Positions 1 through 8,528 of a stretch of DNA of 64,000 nt are shown here, piece after piece. The notes under the pieces are model-generated. The model did no database searches and was not told the DNA's origin. It saw nothing but the letters and a program-made list of their open reading frames with translations. The translations under genes were made by a program, and so were the position numbers. Origin of the DNA: Fibrobacterales bacterium (GTDB taxonomy: Bacteria > Fibrobacterota > Fibrobacteria > Fibrobacterales > JAOPTW01); assembly GCA_051532055.1 (NCBI GenBank), contig JAOPTX010000004.1, forward strand, positions 94,930 to 158,929. The letters run 5' to 3'. Positions within the stretch are counted from its first letter, which is position 1, and each line of letters opens with the position of its first letter.

Positions 1-41
1 AAGTGAGCCTTTCTTTATGCGTTGTTAATGGTAATATCTAT

Positions 42-962
42 TTAGTTGTAACAAGCATCAAGGGTACAGGATGATTTGGTCTCTTTCCACCAGAGATGTC
101 CATCAACCATTCCATCTTTATCTATAGTAAATCCTTGTTGATATTGACCAGTTTCATCTGTAAAGGTGATTGAATAAAAAAGGACTCTTGGTTTTGTTCC
201 GGCATTGATGCGTGCAGACTCTTTCGCATAGGTAAATTCAGGGTCTGAGTATGAAGACCATATATCAAAATTCATGTAGAACTGAGGATGAAATCCTTCG
301 GGGACTTCGATATCTTCTCGAACTGCATCAAGACTTTTATTAATGGTTGTACCTCTATTTTCAAAGCACCAAGTATTGCCATATTCACAGTCATTGACGA
401 ATGTAATAGAAACCTTAGAGTGCTTAATTGTGTCATTACAGATTTGGCAGTTGTATTTTTTAATGTCATCAAAGCCCACTTCAAAAAAATTAAATTCACC
501 ACTGTAATTAGTTAATATTTCATTTTTATTGTAATCGGGTTTGATTTCTTGAAGGCACGTGACTTGTTCATACTCACTACAGGTAGTTTCTCCTTGACTT
601 GAGTTAGAAGATTGCTCGAGGGCATCTGATGAGCTACTTATTGCTTCATTGTTTGATGAATCCAGGTCAGAAGAGGAATCATTATTTGATAAATTTTCTT
701 CAGAAGAGGAGTCATCACTGCTACTTACAGGTACGTTACTTGACGAGCTAGAACTAGCATTTGATGGGTTTGTAGAAGACTCAGTATTATTTGATGATTG
801 TATTGCTTCTGATGATGAACTTTCTGCGGTATCGAGCGATAGATTTTCTGATGTGTTTGAGCTTAGGTCATCATTGTTTATACTTGACAGCTCTTTATCG
901 CATGAAATAATTATGGCACCTGCCAAGACAAATGCCAAAATACTATGTATGGTTAAATTCAT
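42..962 (-). CDS. Lipoprotein with Ser-rich linker and Cys-containing C-terminal domain of unknown function (paralog 1 of 3)
   Basis: Lipobox-like IIISC, long S/N/D-rich linker; C-terminal domain (TCLQEI.P.YN.N...NY...F.FFE; DG.L.W...C...C) shared with the next two ORFs. Confidence 0.85.
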   Translation of the reverse strand: MNLTIHSILAFVLAGAIIISCDKELSSINNDDLSSNTSENLSLDTAESSSSEAIQSSNNTESSTNPSNASSSSSSNVPVSSSDDSSSEENLSNNDSSSDLDSSNNEAISSSSDALEQSSNSSQGETTCSEYEQVTCLQEIKPDYNKNEILTNYSGEFNFFEVGFDDIKKYNCQICNDTIKHSKVSITFVNDCEYGNTWCFENRGTTINKSLDAVREDIEVPEGFHPQFYMNFDIWSSYSDPEFTYAKESARINAGTKPRVLFYSITFTDETGQYQQGFTIDKDGMVDGHLWWKETKSSCTLDACYN

Positions 963-1367
963 AATGATCTCTTTGTTATTGTATGTGTCCCAGTTACAAT
1001 AATATAAATAAATGCAATTAGTAATGCAATAATGAGGTTCTAGGCTTAAGTTGTGGGTGTATAGGATTGCAGAGTTAGAATAAATTATTGCTTATTTTTA
1101 GCAAAAATAATGTCTACAATAGTATCGTACTTTTTTGACCTATAGAGAATATATGGCTTGATGGTGTACTGACGGCTTTTTCTTGTGCTATATATTTGTC
1201 AACATTGGATTGTTTTTTTGTGATTATGAGATACTTATGTAATTTATTATTTACAAAGATACAGGTCTTAGGTTTACATGTTTTAAGGTAAAAAATAGTG
1301 TCGGGTGATCAATCGCGCCCAATAATGTTATGTGTTGGGTGAGGAACAAGTTCAGTTTAGGGTAGTA

Positions 1368-1399
1368 AAAAAGCTACTGAATTTGTTCAGTAGCTTTTT
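1368..1399 (-). terminator. Intrinsic terminator (possibly bidirectional)
   Basis: aaaaagctactgaa-tttg-ttcagtagcttttt perfect hairpin just downstream of the 1426..2349 stop. Confidence 0.8.
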
Positions 1400-1425
1400 A
1401 GAGGGGTAATGCTTTTTATGTTACT

Positions 1426-2349
1426 CTAATCAAAGCAGACATCTATTACACAGGTAGCTTGTTCGGGCCTCCAATAAAAGAGGCCATCTGTGGTGTCAGT
1501 GTTGAGGGTTGTAAATGGCATGGTATAGGTGCCATCGTCATTTGAAAAAGTGACACGAACAAGTCTAACACGCGCCGCTTCACCTGCTAAGGCCTTTTTC
1601 ATTATTTGGTTTCTTGAATTTGAATCGACTCTCCCACTCAAGGCATCCCAAAATTTGAAAGATATTTGCCCTACATTTGTTAGCCCTTCTAATTCAAGGG
1701 GGAGTTCTGTGACTTCAACTTTTAGTAATGTTTCATCGGTATTGTTGCTATTATCCATTGCATACTGAAGGACCGCTTTAGTTAACTTAAGGGTGTCAGA
1801 ACATATTGAGCATTTCCGGGCATGGTAATCAAGTGAATTTTCAAAATAGTGAAAGTTTTCATTATAATTTTCTTCAATAGTATTGCGGGTATAATAAGGT
1901 GATATCTCTTGTAGGCAGGATTTCTTTTTGATAGTTTCGCATGCAGCTAAGGCTGCAACGGGGTCAAAAGCCGCTTTTGAAGACGAGGAAGAGGTAGAGG
2001 AACTTACAGGCGATGACGTGTCTATGATGGCATCACTTGATGGTGTGCTGCTATCAGATTGCCCGGTCTCACTACTTGTATTGTCACCCTCACTACTTGA
2101 TACATCAATGATAGAACTACTTTGTGGGTCATCTGTAGTGCTGCTCGAAACCGTTGAGGAGAGATCAATATTTGCAGCTGAGGATGAAGAATTCGCTGTC
2201 TCAGATGAAATGGGTTGACTCATTGAAGATGTGTCAGTAATACCTGGAGAGGATGATGGGGGAGATACAAGTGGTGTGTCTTTTGCGCAGGATAGAATAA
2301 AGGCACATGCGAAGAATAAGGGTAAGGATCTAATTGTATTGAGTTTCAT
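1426..2349 (-). CDS. Lipoprotein with Ser-rich linker, paralog 2 of 3
   Basis: Lipobox FILSC; SCLQEISPYYTRNTIEENYNENFHYFE...CSICSDT...DGLFYWRPEQATCVIDVCFD. Confidence 0.85.
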   Translation of the reverse strand: MKLNTIRSLPLFFACAFILSCAKDTPLVSPPSSSPGITDTSSMSQPISSETANSSSSAANIDLSSTVSSSTTDDPQSSSIIDVSSSEGDNTSSETGQSDSSTPSSDAIIDTSSPVSSSTSSSSSKAAFDPVAALAACETIKKKSCLQEISPYYTRNTIEENYNENFHYFENSLDYHARKCSICSDTLKLTKAVLQYAMDNSNNTDETLLKVEVTELPLELEGLTNVGQISFKFWDALSGRVDSNSRNQIMKKALAGEAARVRLVRVTFSNDDGTYTMPFTTLNTDTTDGLFYWRPEQATCVIDVCFD

Positions 2350-2493
2350 ATTATTCTCTCAGGTTGTGTGGTACACTACTTTAATTTGGGTTTATGGCAA
2401 AAAAAATGTTTCTTTCATAATATCACATCAATATCGCATCAAGGGCAAAGTGTCAGCTGGGGTGAATCCGTGTGACACTTTACTTAAATAACG

Positions 2494-3390
2494 TTAATCA
2501 AAGCATTCTGGCATAAGGCACGTTACCGCAGTTTCTGCCCAGTAAAATAAGCCATCAGTGGTGTCTGGCAAGATAGAAATGACTTGAATGTATTCATCAT
2601 CATCAGTAGAAAAGGTGACGGATCTCAGATCTATTCTTGGTACAGTGCCTGCGTTAATAAACTCCATTGTCTTCTCGTATGTTAATTGATTGTCAGAGAA
2701 TTCTCCCCATAGGTCAAAAGTGAGAGAAAAGACCGGTGCGGCATTTTCTGTTGGTACATCAACAAAGCTTACTATGTCTTCAATATTTGCCTCAATATCC
2801 CTAGCATTATTATCACAATACTCCCCATGACAATCTCGAACATAAGTTAAAACTGCTTTGGTGTGTCTAACTGTATCACTACATAATTGACATTTAATTG
2901 TTTCAAAAGATGTAAAGCTGTCTTCAAAGAAGTGTATCTCACCAGTGTAGTTTTCTTCCATTGAATTTTGGTTATAATTACCTAAAATGTATTGAAAACA
3001 TGTTTTCTCAGTATATTGGATACAGTTCCCATCGTCATCTTTTATGGCTTTTGTGACCTTTTTAGATGAAGACGATACGATGTCAGGCGCTGAAGAAGAT
3101 ATGATGTCAGGTACTGAAGATGATTCAGCTGACTCCCCCTCATTTGAACTTACAGATGAATTTGCAGACTCGAAAGATGAATCAGTCAATTCTATGTCAG
3201 AACTGGCTTGAGATGATGTTTCGACCTCTGATAGTGAGGATTTTGATGTGTCGTCTGAAGAGGTCACTGATGTAGTGGAGCTTGAGCCCTTTTCAGGCGG
3301 GGTTATTGTTTTGTCATCCCCAAATAAGCATCCCGATAGGAGAAAGAGTCCGGTTATAGCGGTTGCCATAGTTATTTGTCTACGCTTCAT
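2494..3390 (-). CDS. Lipoprotein with Ser-rich linker, paralog 3 of 3
   Basis: Start moved to MKRRQ (GAGG RBS upstream); lipobox LLSGC; TCFQYILGNYNQNSMEENYTGEIHFFE...CQLCSDT...DGLFYWAETAVTCLMPECFD. Confidence 0.85.
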   Translation of the reverse strand: MKRRQITMATAITGLFLLSGCLFGDDKTITPPEKGSSSTTSVTSSDDTSKSSLSEVETSSQASSDIELTDSSFESANSSVSSNEGESAESSSVPDIISSSAPDIVSSSSKKVTKAIKDDDGNCIQYTEKTCFQYILGNYNQNSMEENYTGEIHFFEDSFTSFETIKCQLCSDTVRHTKAVLTYVRDCHGEYCDNNARDIEANIEDIVSFVDVPTENAAPVFSLTFDLWGEFSDNQLTYEKTMEFINAGTVPRIDLRSVTFSTDDDEYIQVISILPDTTDGLFYWAETAVTCLMPECFD

Positions 3391-3427
3391 ATGTGCCTCA
3401 CTTAAGTTCATTCTTCAAATTAAGGTT

Positions 3428-3464
3428 AAAAATATCTACCTAGGGTTACTAGGTAGATATTTTT
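3428..3464 (-). terminator. Intrinsic terminator
   Basis: aaaaatatctacctag-ggtta-ctaggtagatattttt 16-bp perfect stem just after the 3481 stop. Confidence 0.8.
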
Positions 3465-3480
3465 TTAATTGTTTGGTTAA

Positions 3481-5589
3481 TTATTCTACAATACAAGGAA
3501 TTGTAATTGCAATAATTGCTTGTGATCCAGATTCTTGACGTTCTGCAATGAAGAAGTCAAGTTTGATATCGTCACCTTTCCCGAGGTTGAGTCTGTCGAG
3601 TTCTACATCCAGTGTAAAGTGATCTTCAACAGGAGTGTGTACACCACCAATATCTAGAACAAGGTTATCATTGATATATACAAATACATCATCATCTCCA
3701 GAGAAGCTAAAGAATTGTCCTAACTGCCCATCATAGGTGAAGTTCCACTGTAAGTGACCGGCAAAGTTGTAGTTGAGCCCGCCATCACCTTCCATGGCAG
3801 TTGCACCATCTAAAGGGAAGAAGTCAGTATCAGTAAACAGATAGGTTGCAGTGCCGGATTTAGCAAAGGGAAGTTCTACATCAGTTGTAGAGACGGCATA
3901 GTCCTCTGACCACCATTTGCCAATATTCTTATTATTAAAGAGGTTCTTCTTGAATACAGGTCTGCCATCAACAAGTTTATCGGTTACCATTCCTTGTCTG
4001 AGTAAATCTGCACCACCACCAACACCAAAATCAGTACCTTTATCGTGATCATAAATAGTCATAGTGAATTTTTCAAAACGGTCAAGTACAATTTCTTCTC
4101 CATCGCACTCTGCAAGAACGCCTGCACCGCCACCACCAGCGCCTACACCATCACCATTGCCGCCGCCTGTGCCGCCACCCGTACCTGCAGAGCCGCCTCC
4201 GGCAGGTCCTTGAGAAGGGGCTTCGTATGGACACACATCTTCGAATTGCTTACAATTGGTATCATCACAGTCAGTTTTGCCATCGTCATCATTATCCAGG
4301 CCATCCTCACACATTGCTGGACTGAGTTCGCCACAATTAGTTCCAGGTATTGACCAGCAATCTACATCTTCACAGTCTGATACGCCATCTAAGTCATTAT
4401 CAACCCCGTCGGTACAAGTGGCTAAGCTGTTTTCGGCGCAAATATCAAATGCACGACAGTCAGAGTCTGCGCAATCAGCACCACCGTCGAGGTCATTATC
4501 AATGCCATCTATGCAATATTTCAATTTACTCTCTGCGCAAAAGTCAAAGAGGCGACATTCATCATCTTCACAGTCAATTAAACCATCGTTGTCATTATCA
4601 AGGCCATCGGCACAGATATCAAATTTAGACTCTGAACATTCTGCAAATACAATACACTGGTCGTCATCACAGTCTTCAAGACCGTCGACATCATTGTCAA
4701 TACCATCTGTACAGAGAGCAACAGTGTTTTCAGCGCAAAAGTCATGGAATGCACAGCCATCGTCCGCACAGTCAGTAAAGCCGTCGTCATCATTGTCGAT
4801 GCCATCTTTACACGTTGCAGGGTCAGCTTCATTACAAAAATCAAAGAGCTCACATTCGTTATCTTCACAGTCAATCATGGTATCACCATCATTGTCTACG
4901 CCGTCAAGGCATGTTTCAGGTTCGTTTTCTGCAACGTTACAGATTACAAATACTTTACAGTCGCTATCAGCGCAGTCATTGTCGCCATCACCATCATTGT
5001 CAGCTTGGTCAGTACAGAGGGTGTAGGTGTTTTCAACATCTTCTTCACAGCTTGGAAAGACTTCACATTTTGTGTCCTCACAGTCAGTGTACCCATCTTC
5101 GTCGTTATCAACTCCATCTTTACACTGTGCATCAGTGTCTTCGGTTGGTTCTTGACAGAAAACAAAGTCGAGACAACCTTGGTCATCACAGTCAATTTTT
5201 CCATTTTCATCATTGTCGACTTCATCTTGACATTTGTCTTGAGTATTTTCGCCACCATCTTGACACTCGGCTTGGAATTCACAAAACTTATCACTACAAT
5301 CTGTTTTACCGTTGTTGTCATTATCGACACCATCAGTACAGCTGAGCTCAACAAGACAGCCTGCTTTTCCTAAGCAGTCCATGTCTTCGCAATCTTTTTT
5401 GCCGTCGCCATCATTGTCAATTTTATCGGAGCATGCTGCTTGAGTTGATTCAAGAGATTTTGGTTCGACTTCAGCGTCTGAGGGGAGCTCCATATCGAAA
5501 TAATCTTTATTATCGGATAGGCATCCGATAAGTGTAAAGATGCCCATAATGGCGAGCATCATCGTAAGTGTTTTTGGTATTCTTATCAT
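3481..5589 (-). CDS. Lipoprotein with 12 Cys/Asp repeats, Gly-rich linker and C-terminal fibro-slime (PA14-like) domain
   Basis: Lipobox LIGC; repeated CxDGxDNDxDGxxDCxDxxC; FSFSGDDDVFVYINDNLVLDIGGVH and FFIAERQ resemble the fibro-slime signature. Confidence 0.85.
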   Translation of the reverse strand: MIRIPKTLTMMLAIMGIFTLIGCLSDNKDYFDMELPSDAEVEPKSLESTQAACSDKIDNDGDGKKDCEDMDCLGKAGCLVELSCTDGVDNDNNGKTDCSDKFCEFQAECQDGGENTQDKCQDEVDNDENGKIDCDDQGCLDFVFCQEPTEDTDAQCKDGVDNDEDGYTDCEDTKCEVFPSCEEDVENTYTLCTDQADNDGDGDNDCADSDCKVFVICNVAENEPETCLDGVDNDGDTMIDCEDNECELFDFCNEADPATCKDGIDNDDDGFTDCADDGCAFHDFCAENTVALCTDGIDNDVDGLEDCDDDQCIVFAECSESKFDICADGLDNDNDGLIDCEDDECRLFDFCAESKLKYCIDGIDNDLDGGADCADSDCRAFDICAENSLATCTDGVDNDLDGVSDCEDVDCWSIPGTNCGELSPAMCEDGLDNDDDGKTDCDDTNCKQFEDVCPYEAPSQGPAGGGSAGTGGGTGGGNGDGVGAGGGGAGVLAECDGEEIVLDRFEKFTMTIYDHDKGTDFGVGGGADLLRQGMVTDKLVDGRPVFKKNLFNNKNIGKWWSEDYAVSTTDVELPFAKSGTATYLFTDTDFFPLDGATAMEGDGGLNYNFAGHLQWNFTYDGQLGQFFSFSGDDDVFVYINDNLVLDIGGVHTPVEDHFTLDVELDRLNLGKGDDIKLDFFIAERQESGSQAIIAITIPCIVE

Positions 5590-5871
5590 AGGGGGGTATC
5601 CTTTAATGATTTGGTAAAAACCACTGTTTTCTATTGTTTAGTTAAATTATACTCAAAAAAGGTTCATAGCAAATTGTAAATTGTATGTTTACACGAATTG
5701 AGACGATAATTTGGAGGTCGGTGTCCATATTACATTTTTAATTTCCTAAATACAATGGTTGGGCTGCTTTAAAGATACCTTAAAAAGGTTTGTTTTATCG
5801 ACAAAAAAGTGATATACTGGCCATGATTCCGCTCACAATTTGTGAGGACATGCGAGTTCGCTTGGTGTAAA

Positions 5872-7182
5872 ATGTACTTTTTTGATCAAAAAATCGATAA
5901 TGAACGAAATAAGCTCGTAAATAATATTTTTATTATTGCATCCATAATATTTGTCTTCATTTTGGCGGCGTCATTAGGGCGTATTCCTGATATTGGATGG
6001 CAGCCAGCAATGGGGGTTCATATTGGACTTATTGCTGTTGTTTGGGGGGTTACCTTTTTTAGAAATAGTGTGAGCCTTTCGTTTAAGATATTTACTTCCT
6101 TTATTTTGATATCTATAGCCGGAGTCAATTCGCTATTCACCTTTGGGGTGGTGTCTGATGTTTCAATGATATTTATTGTCTTGATTATTATTGCGTCAGC
6201 ATTTAATAAAATTGTACTCAGTTGGGTGTTTCTGGGTGTAGCTGTGGCACTCTACTTTGGGCTTGGGTATTGTGTGAGTTCAGGTATGTATGTCTTTTCG
6301 GTAGATAGTAGTGTTTATAGCTATAGTTTGTCTACATGGATATCGTCTGGAACGTCTCTTCTTATATGGGGAATTATTGCGTTACTCATTATTCGTACTA
6401 TGAATGATGTGATTTATAAGCATCTTCTTGTGGTTAATGAGCAGAAGAGTGAGCTTGAGAAGCTTAATGCAACTAAAAACAAGATTTTTGCTGTTATTGG
6501 GCATGATATGAAGCGACCCTTTAATAGCCTTTTAGGTGTAATGCAGCTTTTTCATAACGGAAAAGGTTCAATGAGTGATGAGAAGAAAGAAGCGCTTCTT
6601 GAGAAAATTTTCAAGGATACTCAAAGTGTCTACGGGCTTCTGGATAATCTACTGATTTGGGCGCGCTCTGAGTTAGGTGAGGTCCATTCAAATAAAGAGA
6701 ATATTAGGGTTCAGCGGTTAGTCGCTCATGCTATAGCGCCTTATTTGACAATTGCAGAGAAAAAAGGGGTCGTGATACAGCATTTTTTGCTTGATGAAAC
6801 CGTTCTTTCTATAGATGAGCCTACAATTCGGATAGTATTGAGTAATTTGGTCAATAATGCCATTAAGTTTACTCCGGTAGATGGTGCTATTAAGGTTTCT
6901 TGTCATGAAGTAGAGAAAGGGGTTGAGCTTCGTGTCGCTGACACTGGAGTTGGGATGGATTCTGACTATATTGAGAAACTCTTTGATCAAGAGACTCACA
7001 CCTCAACTCGAGGGACTGAAAATGAAAAGGGAGTCGGGATTGGTTTGGGGATATGTTATGATCTCGTAGAGAAATTAGGGGGTTCGCTCTCGGTCACAAG
7101 TGAACTTGGAGAAGGGAGTGTGTTCTCTATATTGTTACCGGGTTCCCTTGAAAAAGAGTATTGGGGGCGTAAATATGGCTGA
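5872..7182 (+). CDS. Multi-TM membrane sensor histidine kinase
   Basis: Several hydrophobic helices, H-box IGHDMKRPF, N-box NLVNNAIKF, G1 DTGVG, G2 GVGIGL; start taken at MYFF. Confidence 0.9.
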   Translation: MYFFDQKIDNERNKLVNNIFIIASIIFVFILAASLGRIPDIGWQPAMGVHIGLIAVVWGVTFFRNSVSLSFKIFTSFILISIAGVNSLFTFGVVSDVSMIFIVLIIIASAFNKIVLSWVFLGVAVALYFGLGYCVSSGMYVFSVDSSVYSYSLSTWISSGTSLLIWGIIALLIIRTMNDVIYKHLLVVNEQKSELEKLNATKNKIFAVIGHDMKRPFNSLLGVMQLFHNGKGSMSDEKKEALLEKIFKDTQSVYGLLDNLLIWARSELGEVHSNKENIRVQRLVAHAIAPYLTIAEKKGVVIQHFLLDETVLSIDEPTIRIVLSNLVNNAIKFTPVDGAIKVSCHEVEKGVELRVADTGVGMDSDYIEKLFDQETHTSTRGTENEKGVGIGLGICYDLVEKLGGSLSVTSELGEGSVFSILLPGSLEKEYWGRKYG

Positions 7183-8485
7183 TTTCTCTAGTGTTGTAGA
7201 AAGGGGTGAGGAAGCGCTTGTCGATCGGTTACTCAAGGTGTTTTTGTGGGTTGCTTGTTTTGCCGTCACTGCTTCAATAGTGCGGGCATTTGAGATTGGG
7301 TGGAAAAACATTATGGTGTTTCACCTCTGTGTAGTTGTTGTAATGATTTTTGCGGTTGCAGGGAGGGCGCGGTTAGTAAAAAAGGTTAAGATTTATATAA
7401 TGCTTGGTTTGACTTTTGTAAGTGGAGTGTTGGGTTTGTTTTCCTTTGGGTTGGTTGGCGGTGGGGTGATGTTATTGTTTACCTCAATGACTCTCGCTAT
7501 GGCATTTGGGAGAAAAACTATAGCTCTGTGGGCCATGGTAGGAGGCGGGCTTTCAATTGTAGGGATTGGGCTGCTTGCGATTACTGGAAGGCATGCATTT
7601 TCAGTCAATGTAGATAGATATCACACTGAAATTACTTCATGGTTGGTAATTGCTGCTTCTTTTCTTTTTTTTGGATATATGGTTTCACGAGTGATTAGGA
7701 ATGTGAATGGAAACTTAATTCAAGCTTTAGGGCAGGTTGAAAAGCAGAGGGCTGAGTTGGATGAGTCTAATTCGTTAAAAAATAAATTATTTTCTGTTAT
7801 AGCTCATGATTTGCAGCGCCCTTTTAGTGGACTTGTGGGAATTATGGGGATTTTAAGTGAAAATGATTCTGCATATACTGTTTCAGAAAAGAAAGAGCTG
7901 TTTGTTCAGATTCATAGGGATTCCAAGAATGTCTATTCTCTTTTAGAAAATTTATTGATCTGGGCGCAGTCTCAGCAAGATAACAGAGTGCTTGAGAAAG
8001 AGGTAGTGGGGGTTGATGAGGTGGTGACTGAAAGTTTTGCACCCTATAGGCAAATTGCAGCTGAAAAAGGGGTGACAGTGCATATTGAGTCCTGTGGCTA
8101 TCAATCTATATATGTTAATAAGGCAAGCATAAAGATTGTGCTCAGTAATTTGATTAATAATGCATTAAAATTTACTCCACAAGGTGGATTGGTGACTTTG
8201 AGTTGTTTTGGTTCAGGGGCTGAGGTAGATGTTTCAATAGCGGATACGGGTGTTGGGTTAAAGGCTAGTGCTATAACCAGTATACTTTCAGGGACTGCTT
8301 TTTTTTCAACACAGGGTACGGGGAATGAGTCGGGGTCGGGTATAGGGCTTCGTCTTTGCAGAGAATTGCTCGATAAAAATGGGGGAGCTCTTGCGATTAG
8401 CTCGGTGCTCAATGAAGGGAGCACCTTTGTAATAACCCTGCCGAAGCTAGCGTTAACTGAAACGAAAAAGTTGATTAACTCCTAA
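7175..8485 (+). CDS. Multi-TM membrane sensor histidine kinase (paralog of upstream kinase)
   Basis: IAHDLQRPF, NLINNALKF, DTGVG, GSGIGL; ATG at 7175 overlaps upstream stop. Confidence 0.9.
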   Translation: MADFSSVVERGEEALVDRLLKVFLWVACFAVTASIVRAFEIGWKNIMVFHLCVVVVMIFAVAGRARLVKKVKIYIMLGLTFVSGVLGLFSFGLVGGGVMLLFTSMTLAMAFGRKTIALWAMVGGGLSIVGIGLLAITGRHAFSVNVDRYHTEITSWLVIAASFLFFGYMVSRVIRNVNGNLIQALGQVEKQRAELDESNSLKNKLFSVIAHDLQRPFSGLVGIMGILSENDSAYTVSEKKELFVQIHRDSKNVYSLLENLLIWAQSQQDNRVLEKEVVGVDEVVTESFAPYRQIAAEKGVTVHIESCGYQSIYVNKASIKIVLSNLINNALKFTPQGGLVTLSCFGSGAEVDVSIADTGVGLKASAITSILSGTAFFSTQGTGNESGSGIGLRLCRELLDKNGGALAISSVLNEGSTFVITLPKLALTETKKLINS

Positions 8486-8528
8486 TTTTGCTACATTGTG
8501 GTGATCTGTTTGCTATTCAGTTTGGAAT

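Noticed and set aside
649..3538. Antisense acidic/Leu-rich ORFs over the Ser-rich linkers (also at 19999-20382 and 21221-21578)
   Set aside because: Reverse complement of low-complexity Ser codons lacks stops by composition
4045..5373. Several long alternative-frame and antisense ORFs (up to 256 aa) over the Cys/Asp repeat gene
   Set aside because: Shadows of repetitive Asp/Cys codons; no independent motifs
5828..5840. 13-nt match to part of the E. coli lac operator (TCCGCTCACAATT)
   Set aside because: Only a partial site with no vector context; likely coincidence, not contamination
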